A stretch of DNA of 64,000 nt from Coraliomargaritaceae bacterium (GTDB lineage Bacteria > Verrucomicrobiota > Verrucomicrobiia > Opitutales > Coraliomargaritaceae): contig JBJLEY010000019.1 of the NCBI GenBank assembly GCA_045565635.1, positions 4,280 to 68,279 on the forward strand, in the 5' to 3' direction. Positions 29,207 to 37,951 of the stretch are shown here, piece after piece. A program made the position numbers and the translations under genes. The first letter of the stretch is position 1. The number at the start of each line of letters is the position of its first letter. The notes under the pieces were generated by a model. The model was not told the DNA's origin. It saw only the letters and a list, made by a program, of their open reading frames with translations, and searched no databases.

Positions 29207-29506
29207 ATGTTTGTTCATACAGTATTATTTCACTTAAAGAAAGATTTGACTCCCGATGCGGTCGCAGAGTTTGAATCAGCACTCAATAGCTTAAAAGCTA
29301 TTGAAGTGAGCCGAGCTACCTATATTGGCACTGTAGCAGACACAAAAGATCGTCCCGTGGTCCGCTCGGATTATAGCTATAATTTAACAATTCTCTTTGA
29401 TACTCTTGATGGGCATAATCAATACCAAGTAGATCCATTGCATAAGGCATTTGTTGCACAATGTTCAAAATATTGGACGCATCTTGAAATAATTGATGCA
29501 GACTAA
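29207..29506 (+). CDS. Dabb (stress-responsive A/B barrel) domain protein
   Basis: The 99-aa ORF starts MFVHTVLFHLKKDLTP... and contains H..F. This is the typical Dabb size and pattern. Confidence 0.65.
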   Translation: MFVHTVLFHLKKDLTPDAVAEFESALNSLKAIEVSRATYIGTVADTKDRPVVRSDYSYNLTILFDTLDGHNQYQVDPLHKAFVAQCSKYWTHLEIIDAD

Positions 29507-29542
29507 TTTTTATGGACCTATATTTCATTTAATAGCCTCCTT

Positions 29543-30151
29543 ATGCTTGAATCTATAATTCTTTATTTCAAAGCAAACGGCTTAGAATATCTCGGGACTG
29601 TTGCGGGTATTCTCGGAGTATGGTTTAGTATCAAAGAAAAAATCATCACTTGGCCAACATTTATCATCTGCTATACGGTGTATGTTTACCTCGCTTTTAA
29701 AGCAGGTCTCTTGGCAAATATGTCCCTAAATATACTTTTTATAGTTCTGTCCGCCTATGGCTGGTGGCAATGGAATCAAGTGGACGACAATATTTCATCT
29801 AAAGGCACCAAAGCGATTCAGCACACCAGTCGAAAACTATGGATAATCAATGTGCTATTTTGGGTAATTGGAACTATCGTGATTGGTAATTTGCTCGAAA
29901 CCTACACTCAATCATTCCAACCTTACTTTGATGCTTTTGCTACAAGTGTTGCTTTTTCTGCACAATGGATGCTGAGTAAAAAATATATAGGAACCTGGCT
30001 TTGTTGGCTGATTTCTGATACTATATTTATCAATCTATGGGCTTTGCAGGGGTATTGGGTGACCGTATTCCTCTTTTTCACATTTATGGTCTTAGCCATT
30101 TATGGTTGGAGACAATGGCACCACACCCTTACAAAAGCAGAATCAATTTAA
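29543..30151 (+). CDS. pnuC: Nicotinamide riboside transporter PnuC
   Basis: The 202-aa membrane protein has Trp-rich PnuC blocks (YGWWQW, AIYGWRQW). It is followed directly by an NadR-type kinase. Confidence 0.75.
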   Translation: MLESIILYFKANGLEYLGTVAGILGVWFSIKEKIITWPTFIICYTVYVYLAFKAGLLANMSLNILFIVLSAYGWWQWNQVDDNISSKGTKAIQHTSRKLWIINVLFWVIGTIVIGNLLETYTQSFQPYFDAFATSVAFSAQWMLSKKYIGTWLCWLISDTIFINLWALQGYWVTVFLFFTFMVLAIYGWRQWHHTLTKAESI

Positions 30152-30155
30152 CATT

Positions 30156-30683
30156 ATGTATCGAATCGTAATTACAGGTGCCGAATCTACCGGCAAGACT
30201 ACATTAGCGGAACAATTATCCGCTCACTTTGAAGCACCGTGTTCTTCTGAATTTGTGCGTGACTTTGTGGAATCCAATGATCGCCCCATTCAAATAGAGG
30301 ATTTAAACGCTATCATGAAGGGCCAAATCGATTACGAAAACACAGCATGCGAAAAGTCACCCAGACTAGTTATTCATGATACCAACCTTCTCTCGAATGT
30401 CGTTTATGCTGAGCACTATTTTAAGCAAACACCAAGAGAGCTTGCTTCTGCTTTATCTGCGACACAATACAACCTCTACTTATTTTGCCAAAATGATATC
30501 CCTTGGAAAGAAGATGGTGCACAAAGAGATAGCCTTGAAGCGAGAGACCAAATCCATCAAGCCTTTGAGCAGATGCTCGAAGAAAGCCCTGTTCCGGTAG
30601 TACAAATCAAAGGGACTCCGGAGAATCGCTTTTATCAAGCCATTAATGCTATCCTAGAATACTTGAGCAAAGGAACGAATTAA
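30156..30683 (+). CDS. NadR-type ATPase domain protein (ribosylnicotinamide kinase-like)
   Basis: A P-loop sits at the N-terminus (MYRIVITGAESTGKTTLAEQL). The ~175-aa size and the position after pnuC fit this call. I moved the start to ATG 30156. The ORF-track extension overlaps pnuC. Confidence 0.65.
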   Translation: MYRIVITGAESTGKTTLAEQLSAHFEAPCSSEFVRDFVESNDRPIQIEDLNAIMKGQIDYENTACEKSPRLVIHDTNLLSNVVYAEHYFKQTPRELASALSATQYNLYLFCQNDIPWKEDGAQRDSLEARDQIHQAFEQMLEESPVPVVQIKGTPENRFYQAINAILEYLSKGTN

Positions 30684-31945
30684 CCGTTCAATGCGTAGGC
30701 AGGCAATAGCTTATCTGCATAGATTTTCTTTAACTCAATGTATTGAGGCATACCGTTTTCAAATGGGACTTCAACCTCACCTTGAATCAAAGGAAGTGCG
30801 TATTTGATGAAATTATAGTTCATAGATACACCATCTTCATTGATCCAGCTTTCTGGAAGAAGTTTTACTCCATTAGCAATTTCAGATAAAGGAGCTAATC
30901 CTGTTTCACAGGCATAAGTATCTCCTTCGCTTCTCACTAATATCACCATCTTATCGGTTTCACCCTCAACAGCTGCTTTAACTGCGGCTTGTCCTGCCAT
31001 GAAGGCTTCGTCACTATCTGCTTTTGATGCACAATTCACAGCTGCTCTTTGAGCCATACCTAATTTAATTGAGCGAGCCTTCACAGAAAGATTTTCTTCA
31101 GCTAATGAGCGAAGATACTCACCTGCTCCGCCTAATTGAGAATGCCCGAAAGCATCTGCACTTGCACTATCTGTTGAAACATAATTGCCGTCTGCATCAA
31201 CTAAGCCTTCGCCTACGACTACCAAACAAAATTTTTCTTTCTTAAGAACGCGAGTGACGTCTTCGATATATTTCTCCTTAGAGAATGGAACTTCTGGGAG
31301 ATAAATTAAATGAGGCGCACTATTAGGATCGTCTTTATATTTAGCGAGTGCGGCACCTGCAGCAATCCAACCAGCACTTCGTCCCATAACTTCAATAACT
31401 TGAACTAAATCGTGCTGTCCCATACCCCCATTATCACAGGCTACTTCTCTAATTGTCGTAGAGATATGCTTGATGACACTTCCGTAACCTGGCGTATGGT
31501 CCGTAGTCACTAAATCATTATCAATTGTTTTTGGCACACCAATCACACGTAAAGCATAACCTTTTTTCTGAGCCAGTTTTGAAATCTTATCTGCAGTATC
31601 CTGAGAGTCATTACCTCCTGCATAAAAGAAAAAGCGGATGTTATGAGCTTCGAAAACTTGTAATACACGCTCGAAATCAGCTTCACTTTTGAGCTTATAG
31701 CGACATGTCCCAAGAGCAGCACCTGGAGTATAACGTAAGCCACGAATGTTTTGCTGGGTTTCAGATGCCAAATCAACCAACTGCTCCTGGAGAATTCCTT
31801 GGACTCCATTTAAGCCTCCATAAATTTCTTCGATACACTCGTGATTGAGCGCTTCTGTGATAACACCAGCCAAGCTAGAGTTAATAACGGATGTAGGCCC
31901 ACCAGATTGGGCCACTAAACAATTACCATTCAATATTTCAGTCAT
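30680..31945 (-). CDS. pfp: Phosphofructokinase, probably pyrophosphate-dependent (PFP)
   Basis: PFK blocks GGPTSVINSS, GGNDS, PKTIDND and MGRSAG are present. Asp in GGxDS and Lys in PKTIDND are the residues usually associated with PPi rather than ATP specificity. Confidence 0.75.
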   Translation of the reverse strand: MTEILNGNCLVAQSGGPTSVINSSLAGVITEALNHECIEEIYGGLNGVQGILQEQLVDLASETQQNIRGLRYTPGAALGTCRYKLKSEADFERVLQVFEAHNIRFFFYAGGNDSQDTADKISKLAQKKGYALRVIGVPKTIDNDLVTTDHTPGYGSVIKHISTTIREVACDNGGMGQHDLVQVIEVMGRSAGWIAAGAALAKYKDDPNSAPHLIYLPEVPFSKEKYIEDVTRVLKKEKFCLVVVGEGLVDADGNYVSTDSASADAFGHSQLGGAGEYLRSLAEENLSVKARSIKLGMAQRAAVNCASKADSDEAFMAGQAAVKAAVEGETDKMVILVRSEGDTYACETGLAPLSEIANGVKLLPESWINEDGVSMNYNFIKYALPLIQGEVEVPFENGMPQYIELKKIYADKLLPAYALNG

Positions 31946-32011
31946 ATGTATAAGTACTTTAATTAAAAAAATATATCAGAACTAGTGGATACTATAATAG
32001 CAATACTTAAC

Positions 32012-33439
32012 TTAAAGAATTGCTCCTGGGGTATAATTTTTTGCCTCAGAGAAGCCAGCTGCTTCGCTGTGAACCCGCTCACAGAATTGCTCCACCTGCT
32101 TTTGGGCCATTCCTGTAAGCTCTTGCGCGCCTTTTACCAAACGATCAATTGTCACTTCATCAAGGCCTAGTCGTTCATCCGATCCCAGTCGTTTTACTAA
32201 ATCATTTTGAGAAATTTCTCCAGATCGTAAGTCTTTTACTGCAGCGACTGCATGGGACTTAATTGCGTCATACGCTTCTTCACGACCTGCCCCATTTTTT
32301 ACTGCCTCCATAAGAATAGTTGTTGTAGCTAAGAAAGGTCCATAGCGATTGTTTTCCTGCTGAATCATCCCAGGAAAAACTTCCATTTGACTGAGTATGG
32401 TAATGAAGGTATCTAACAAACCGTCTATTGCAAAAAAGCTATCCGGTAAAAATACACGGCGTACTACAGAACAAGATACATCGCCTTCATTCCATTGATC
32501 CCCTGCCAAACCGCTCGCCATAGTCAAATAACCGCTTAAGATTACAGCAAAACCATTCAATCGCTCACAACTACGGCTGTTCATCTTATGAGGCATTGCC
32601 GATGAGCCAACCTGTCCTTTAGCAAATCCTTCACTTGCTAACTCATGACCTGCCATAATTCTAAGTGTTTTGGCAAAGCTAGAAGGCCCAGAAGCTAAGC
32701 GTACAAAGACAGAAACTACTTCAAAATCTAAGCTCCTAGGATAAACTTGCCCAACGGTTTCCAAAACAGATCCCACGCCTAAGTGCTCCAATATAGCATC
32801 TTCCATTTGATCCACTTTTTCTGCATCACCGCCAAATAAAGTCATCAAGTCCATCTGTGTACCAACCGGTCCCTTTAAGCCTCGAACGGGATAATTGTCA
32901 ATAATACGGTCTAATTCACGAACCGCGCACAATAGGTCTTCCCCAAACATAGCCAGGCGTTTACCAAAAGTAGTCAACTGTGCCGGCACATTGTGTGTAC
33001 GGGCAGCAAGCACTAAATCGCTCCATTGCCCTGCCTTATCGGCTAATTTAATCAATGCCGCCATAGCTTTGATGCGTATCAGTTCCAAGCCTCTGAGAAT
33101 TTGTAACTGCTCTACATTTTCGGTAAGGTCTCGACTGGTTAGCCCTTTATGAATGTGTTCATATCCAGCAAGTGCACAAAATTCTTCAATTCTTGCCTTA
33201 ACATCGTGTCGTGTTACCGCCTCTCTTTTTTGGATAGACTCAAGATTTACTTGGTCTTTCACTGATTCATAAGCTTGTATTGCCTCTTCTGGAATATCAA
33301 TGCCCAAAGATTTTTGTGCTTTGACTACTGCTATCCAATAATCTCGCTCAAGAAGAATACGGCCTTCTGCTCCCCATATTTGGTTCATTTCCGCTGAAGC
33401 ATAACGGTCTGCTAGTATGTTAACTGTATTTTTCGACAT
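32012..33439 (-). CDS. purB: Adenylosuccinate lyase
   Basis: The fumarase/ASL superfamily signature GSSAMPHKMN is present. The 475-aa length and N-terminal RYAS.EM pattern are typical of PurB. Confidence 0.9.
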   Translation of the reverse strand: MSKNTVNILADRYASAEMNQIWGAEGRILLERDYWIAVVKAQKSLGIDIPEEAIQAYESVKDQVNLESIQKREAVTRHDVKARIEEFCALAGYEHIHKGLTSRDLTENVEQLQILRGLELIRIKAMAALIKLADKAGQWSDLVLAARTHNVPAQLTTFGKRLAMFGEDLLCAVRELDRIIDNYPVRGLKGPVGTQMDLMTLFGGDAEKVDQMEDAILEHLGVGSVLETVGQVYPRSLDFEVVSVFVRLASGPSSFAKTLRIMAGHELASEGFAKGQVGSSAMPHKMNSRSCERLNGFAVILSGYLTMASGLAGDQWNEGDVSCSVVRRVFLPDSFFAIDGLLDTFITILSQMEVFPGMIQQENNRYGPFLATTTILMEAVKNGAGREEAYDAIKSHAVAAVKDLRSGEISQNDLVKRLGSDERLGLDEVTIDRLVKGAQELTGMAQKQVEQFCERVHSEAAGFSEAKNYTPGAIL

Positions 33440-33486
33440 AATTAAAAATACTATAGAAAGGATTTTTCAAAATGAGACCATAAAAA

Positions 33487-33501
33487 AGTGATTGAATCAC
33501 T
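33487..33501. promoter_or_regulatory. 7-1-7 palindrome AGTGATT-G-AATCACT upstream of purB
   Basis: Read directly from the sequence. It lies 48-62 nt upstream of the purB start codon (minus strand), in the holA-purB intergenic region. Confidence 0.25.
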
Positions 33502-33543
33502 AAAATTCAAGCGATACTCGATTATTCCTTGTTAATTCCTAAC

Positions 33544-34665
33544 TTAATCTCCTAAGCATCGAATCGCTAATTGATTAAAAATAGCTACTTGATCTTTAGG
33601 GCTTTCCACAATTGCTTCAAAGGTCTCAGCAAAAGCAATTTGAAAATCAATAAGGTTTTTTAAATTGAAATGATTCACATCTTTAAGAAGCCGTCCTAAA
33701 TAATAAGGATTTTGGGTGAATACATTAAGATTTGATTTCGCTCCGCTTTCGTCAAAATGCTCGCCGAATTTGCCAGCTATACGAACAAGGTCATTTTGAC
33801 TGATTCGTTGAAATCCACTTCCCAATTCGCCCGAGTCTTTTAAAATTCGCAATTGTATCATCAAGCGATTCCTTGATTGTAAACTCCCTAAAAGCGGTCG
33901 AGCTTCACTCTGTGTGAAAAAATGACGGGTTAATGCCTCCAAAGTCCATTCCAATTGCCCTGAGAAAAAAGCATCTGTGGCTTCGAAAAAATCACCTTCT
34001 CCAAAGTTTGGCACCATTTCATTAACAAGCTCCTCGGTGATTGTTCCGCCTTTCTCTATATAAGTGGTTAATTTTTCCACTTCCATAGCGATCAAGCGAT
34101 TATTGCCATTCACTTTATCATTTAGGAGCTGAATGGCCCCTTGTCCCATTTTTATTCCAATCTTGTCACAGGTTTGCCGAATCCTTTGCTCGATTTTAGC
34201 AATACCCTCTTTGCTACTATCAATAATTTCCGAATCACTTTCTTTAATGCACCATTTATAAAAACTTCTCACTTTATAAATTGGCGAAGCTGTTATTAAA
34301 ACAGACACAGCTGAAGAATCAATCCCCTCAAGTACAGATTTAAGGTGCTCCAATAACTCTAAAGTTCCTTTAGCATTTCCCGTTTGAGTATTGGCTAAAA
34401 AATTCACCGCTTTAAGCCAAACAACCTTCTTTCCTCCAAACATTGATTGCGTTTGGATTGCTTCAATAAAACGATCTATAATTTGTGAGACGTCGTCTAA
34501 ATTGTTACCGCGACCATCAATCTCTTCTTTAGAGAGATCGTCGCTTATTCCTTCTGTTTCTTTTTTAAACCAAGCCTTACCTTTATCAGAAACAAGGAAT
34601 TCATCATCACCGCAAATAAATGCAAATTTAGCACGAGTAGCCATAGCCCTATTGTTGAATTTCAA
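33544..34665 (-). CDS. holA: DNA polymerase III delta subunit-like (HolA)
   Basis: The 373-aa ORF has the HolA-like N-terminal pattern (FAFICGDDEFLV). Its size and alpha-helical C-terminal half fit HolA. Similarity is weak, so the call is tentative. Confidence 0.5.
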   Translation of the reverse strand: MKFNNRAMATRAKFAFICGDDEFLVSDKGKAWFKKETEGISDDLSKEEIDGRGNNLDDVSQIIDRFIEAIQTQSMFGGKKVVWLKAVNFLANTQTGNAKGTLELLEHLKSVLEGIDSSAVSVLITASPIYKVRSFYKWCIKESDSEIIDSSKEGIAKIEQRIRQTCDKIGIKMGQGAIQLLNDKVNGNNRLIAMEVEKLTTYIEKGGTITEELVNEMVPNFGEGDFFEATDAFFSGQLEWTLEALTRHFFTQSEARPLLGSLQSRNRLMIQLRILKDSGELGSGFQRISQNDLVRIAGKFGEHFDESGAKSNLNVFTQNPYYLGRLLKDVNHFNLKNLIDFQIAFAETFEAIVESPKDQVAIFNQLAIRCLGD

Positions 34666-34705
34666 ATGACTCTAGCGAGAAAAAAATTTGCCCTCTTTGG
34701 CTCTT

Positions 34706-35983
34706 TTAAATATCGTATCCCTCAAAGTCCGCTTGCTTCTGACGAATCAATAGCCTGCGCATCCAGTCTAAAGCTGCGTTAACGGCCCTTGCTTTCACGT
34801 CCATACGCCCCCCTAAATAACGAACACGTTTCCCCCATATTCCAAATGAGGAATGAAATCCGATGTGGATGGTGCCTAGTGGGTTATCTTCATTACCCCC
34901 TTCCGGCCCAGCAAAGCCAGTAATACTCAATCCATAATCCGATGATAAATTTTCCGCCACCCCTGAGGCCATGGCAATCGCACACTCACTACTCACCGCA
35001 CCATGTTGATCAATGGTTTCTTCAGGAACACCTACCTGTGATATCTTAACTTCATTGGCATAACAGATCACGCCCCCTTGAAAAACTTTTGAAGCCCCCG
35101 AAATGTCAGTAAATGCATTCCCCAATAAGCCTCCCGTGCACGATTCCGCCACCGCTAAAGTTTTTTGATGGTGCCTAAGTTTCTGGTAGATAACTTGAGA
35201 TAAAGAAATGTCACCATACCCGACAAAATGATCTTCAAGAGCCAAACGACAAACTTCTGCTACTTGCTTTAATTGATACGTATCCTTTGTTTTGTCTGTT
35301 AAACTCAGGCGAACATCCACAATGCCTAAATGTACACAAAAAGCCAATTCAACGAAACCATATTGCTTAACAATAGGTGAAACAATCTCTTCAACAGAAG
35401 ATTCACCAATCCCGCAGGTTCGCAACTGAATGTACGCGTTATCTTCTTGTGCGAAGGCGTTGATTTTAAAATAAGGGATTACCTGTTTTTCAAACATGGG
35501 AATCAGCTCATGAGATGGGCCAGGCAGTAAAATAATTGTACATAACTCTTGTTTAATTAATAAGCCTGGAGCTGTACCTCGATCATTTTTCAATATTTGG
35601 CTTCCCTCGATTTGGTAACACTGCTTTTTGTGTACTTCTGAAACATTGCGCCCTAATTTTAAAAACCGATCTTTAATCGAATCAAAAATAGACTCATTAT
35701 AGATGAGCTTACGGTTCAGGAGTTCAGCTAAACTTTCTCGCGTAAGATCATCTTCGGTAGGTCCAAGCCCACCTGTAGCAATGACGATATCTGAGCGCTT
35801 AGAAGCGATCGAAAATGCTGCATTTATAGCCTCTGTTTTGTCTGGAACAACTTGGCAATGATCAATTTTTAAGCCTAATAAAGACAGTTGCTTGCCTAAA
35901 TAAGTTAAATGACTATTAGTACGAATGCCTAATAGTAACTCATCTCCTATATTTAAAATTTCAACTGTAACTTGTTTGGGCAT
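34706..35983 (-). CDS. cinA: CinA family protein (MoCF-binding domain + PncC nicotinamide-nucleotide amidase domain)
   Basis: The blocks VEILNIGDELLLG, ATGGLGPTEDDLT and a C-terminal AVAESCTGGLL are diagnostic of CinA/PncC. Confidence 0.85.
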   Translation of the reverse strand: MPKQVTVEILNIGDELLLGIRTNSHLTYLGKQLSLLGLKIDHCQVVPDKTEAINAAFSIASKRSDIVIATGGLGPTEDDLTRESLAELLNRKLIYNESIFDSIKDRFLKLGRNVSEVHKKQCYQIEGSQILKNDRGTAPGLLIKQELCTIILLPGPSHELIPMFEKQVIPYFKINAFAQEDNAYIQLRTCGIGESSVEEIVSPIVKQYGFVELAFCVHLGIVDVRLSLTDKTKDTYQLKQVAEVCRLALEDHFVGYGDISLSQVIYQKLRHHQKTLAVAESCTGGLLGNAFTDISGASKVFQGGVICYANEVKISQVGVPEETIDQHGAVSSECAIAMASGVAENLSSDYGLSITGFAGPEGGNEDNPLGTIHIGFHSSFGIWGKRVRYLGGRMDVKARAVNAALDWMRRLLIRQKQADFEGYDI

Positions 35984-36054
35984 TGTAATAGAATTCTCGA
36001 TTATAGATTAAACGCAAGTAGGAGACATGTTTATTTATTAAAAAATTTAATCTA

Positions 36055-37526
36055 ATGACTCAAGAAACAATCAGCGCTTTGAAAGAAGCGATCAGAAGAT
36101 TACCTAATAAGCCAGGTGTCTATGTCATGCACAATGAATTCAAACAACCATTGTATGTGGGCAAGGCCAAAAACTTGAAAAAGCGAGTGGCCTCCTATTT
36201 TCAAGCTTCCAAAAAACTTCAAATTGCCCAGCCGAAAATCAAATCTATGGTTCAGCAAATAGTGAGTTTTGAGTATCATTGTGTAAATTCAGAATCAGAG
36301 GCCTTACTTCTAGAAAGCCAATTAATTAAAAAGTATAAGCCTAAATATAATACTAGCCTAAAAGACGACAAGCGCTTCTTGCTTGTACAATTAAATCCTA
36401 AAGAAAGCCTGCCTAGATTTCGCTTAACACGAAATCGAATCTACAAACATTATCGCTACTACGGACCTTTCCCACATGCAGGCTCTTTGCGAAAAACACT
36501 GGATATCATGAAGCGAAAATTCGGCATTTTGCTAAATGATGCGAATCCTAAAAAAATTGATGATCACACCTGGCACCTTTATGATGATGTACGCGCTGAA
36601 TTATCCGATCTACCGAATGAAGTTACAGAAGAAACCTATCGTGAACGAGTTGAAAAAGCCTGCAAATTTCTGGAAGGCCAAACAGTAAGCATCATCGATA
36701 CACTTAAAGAAAGAATGCAGGCATATTCAAAAAAGCAAAACTATGAAAAGGCGAGTGCACTGAGAGACCAAATCATTGCAATTCAGCAAACCTCAAAACG
36801 AACTAGGAAATTTGAGCGAAACTTAATTGGCTTTATTACAGAAAAAGAGAGCCTCACCGCTTTAAAAGAAGCACTCTCACTCAGCAAGTTACCTAAACAT
36901 ATTGAATGCTTCGATATTTCTCACATTTCTGGAAGTTTTTGTGTAGCTTCTATGGTTTGCTTTACTAATGGAAAGCCTAATCGAAAGCAATATCGTCGAT
37001 ATAAAATCAAATCTTTTGTTGGAAATGATGATTTTCGGGCGATTGAAGAAGTTGTCACTCGTCGCTACCTACGATTACAAAAAGAAGGTTCTCCATTTCC
37101 TGATTTAATTGTCATTGATGGAGGAGTTGGGCAAGTACATGCTGCGGAAAAAGCCTTTAAAACTCTGAAGAAAAATTCACCTTACTTGATCGGCTTAGCT
37201 AAAAAAATGAAACGATTGTTTTTCCAGATAATCGCCCTAATTTAAATTTGCCGTTTCGAAATCCTGCATTAAGGCTTCTACAATATTTAAGAGATGAAGC
37301 GCATTCTTTTGCAAATAATTTCAATGCTGAGTTAAGGAGTAAAAAAATAAAAGAATCCATCCTCGATGACTTCAAAGGGATAGGCGAAACTCGAAAAGCT
37401 GAATTGCTTAAAAGTTTTGGTACGATCAAAAACTTGAGAAATGCAAGTATCGATGAACTAGTACAACAAAAAGGCATTGGATTGAAGACCGCAGAAAAAT
37501 TATCTAAATTTCTAGCGCAAAATTGA
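36055..37526 (+). pseudogene. uvrC: Excinuclease ABC subunit C (uvrC) interrupted by a single frameshift in an A7 run (37201-37207)
   Basis: ORF 36055..37245 carries GIY-YIG (GVYVMHNEFKQPLYVGKAKNLKKRVASYF), a UVR domain (NYEKASALRDQIIAIQ) and the endonuclease domain (IECFDISHISG, VIDGGVGQ, LIGLAKK). The -1 frame, open from 37203, continues NETIVFPDNRPNLNLPFRNPALRLLQYLRDEAHSFAN and the (HhH)2 region GIGETRKAELLKSFG. Eight As instead of seven would give one uninterrupted ORF. Confidence 0.85.
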
Positions 37527-37533
37527 GTATTCG

Positions 37534-37562
37534 ACCTAAGTCCCATACCCATACCCTTAGGT
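37534..37562. terminator. Possible bidirectional hairpin between convergent uvrC and the pilin-like gene
   Basis: The stems are ACCTAAG (37534-37540) and CTTAGGT (37556-37562), with a 15-nt loop TCCCATACCCATACCC. The large loop and the lack of a clear U-tract make this weak. Confidence 0.25.
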
Positions 37563-37579
37563 ACGTATAGCTACGGCTT

Positions 37580-37924
37580 TTAGCGAACGCTTATAGTGCC
37601 ATGTTTTTCTGAATGAGCAGAAATTCCTTCATTACGATAAATTATTTCTGGATAAACTTCATCCTCAATAATTTTTAATGCGGAAATAACTTTTCTCGGG
37701 CCAATGAATTCATAAAGACTGACTGAATTGACGTCATGCTCTATAAAATACTGATCTGAGTAACAAAGAATCTGATCTAAATTTCTTACAATCCTTTTTT
37801 TTTGGCTACGATCACTAAATTCCTGAAGCAATGGAAATGTGATGATTAACAATAAAAATAATGCGAACCCCGATAAAAAAAATTCGATTAAAGTGAAACC
37901 ATACTTCTTTGCTTGAGACTGCAT
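37580..37924 (-). CDS. Prepilin-type N-terminal cleavage/methylation domain protein (pseudopilin-like)
   Basis: The class III signal KKYG|FTLIEFFLSGFALFLLLII has Gly at -1, Phe at +1 and Glu at +5. Length is 114 aa. Confidence 0.75.
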   Translation of the reverse strand: MQSQAKKYGFTLIEFFLSGFALFLLLIITFPLLQEFSDRSQKKRIVRNLDQILCYSDQYFIEHDVNSVSLYEFIGPRKVISALKIIEDEVYPEIIYRNEGISAHSEKHGTISVR

Positions 37925-37951
37925 AATTTATCTATTTATAAGATTTAATGA

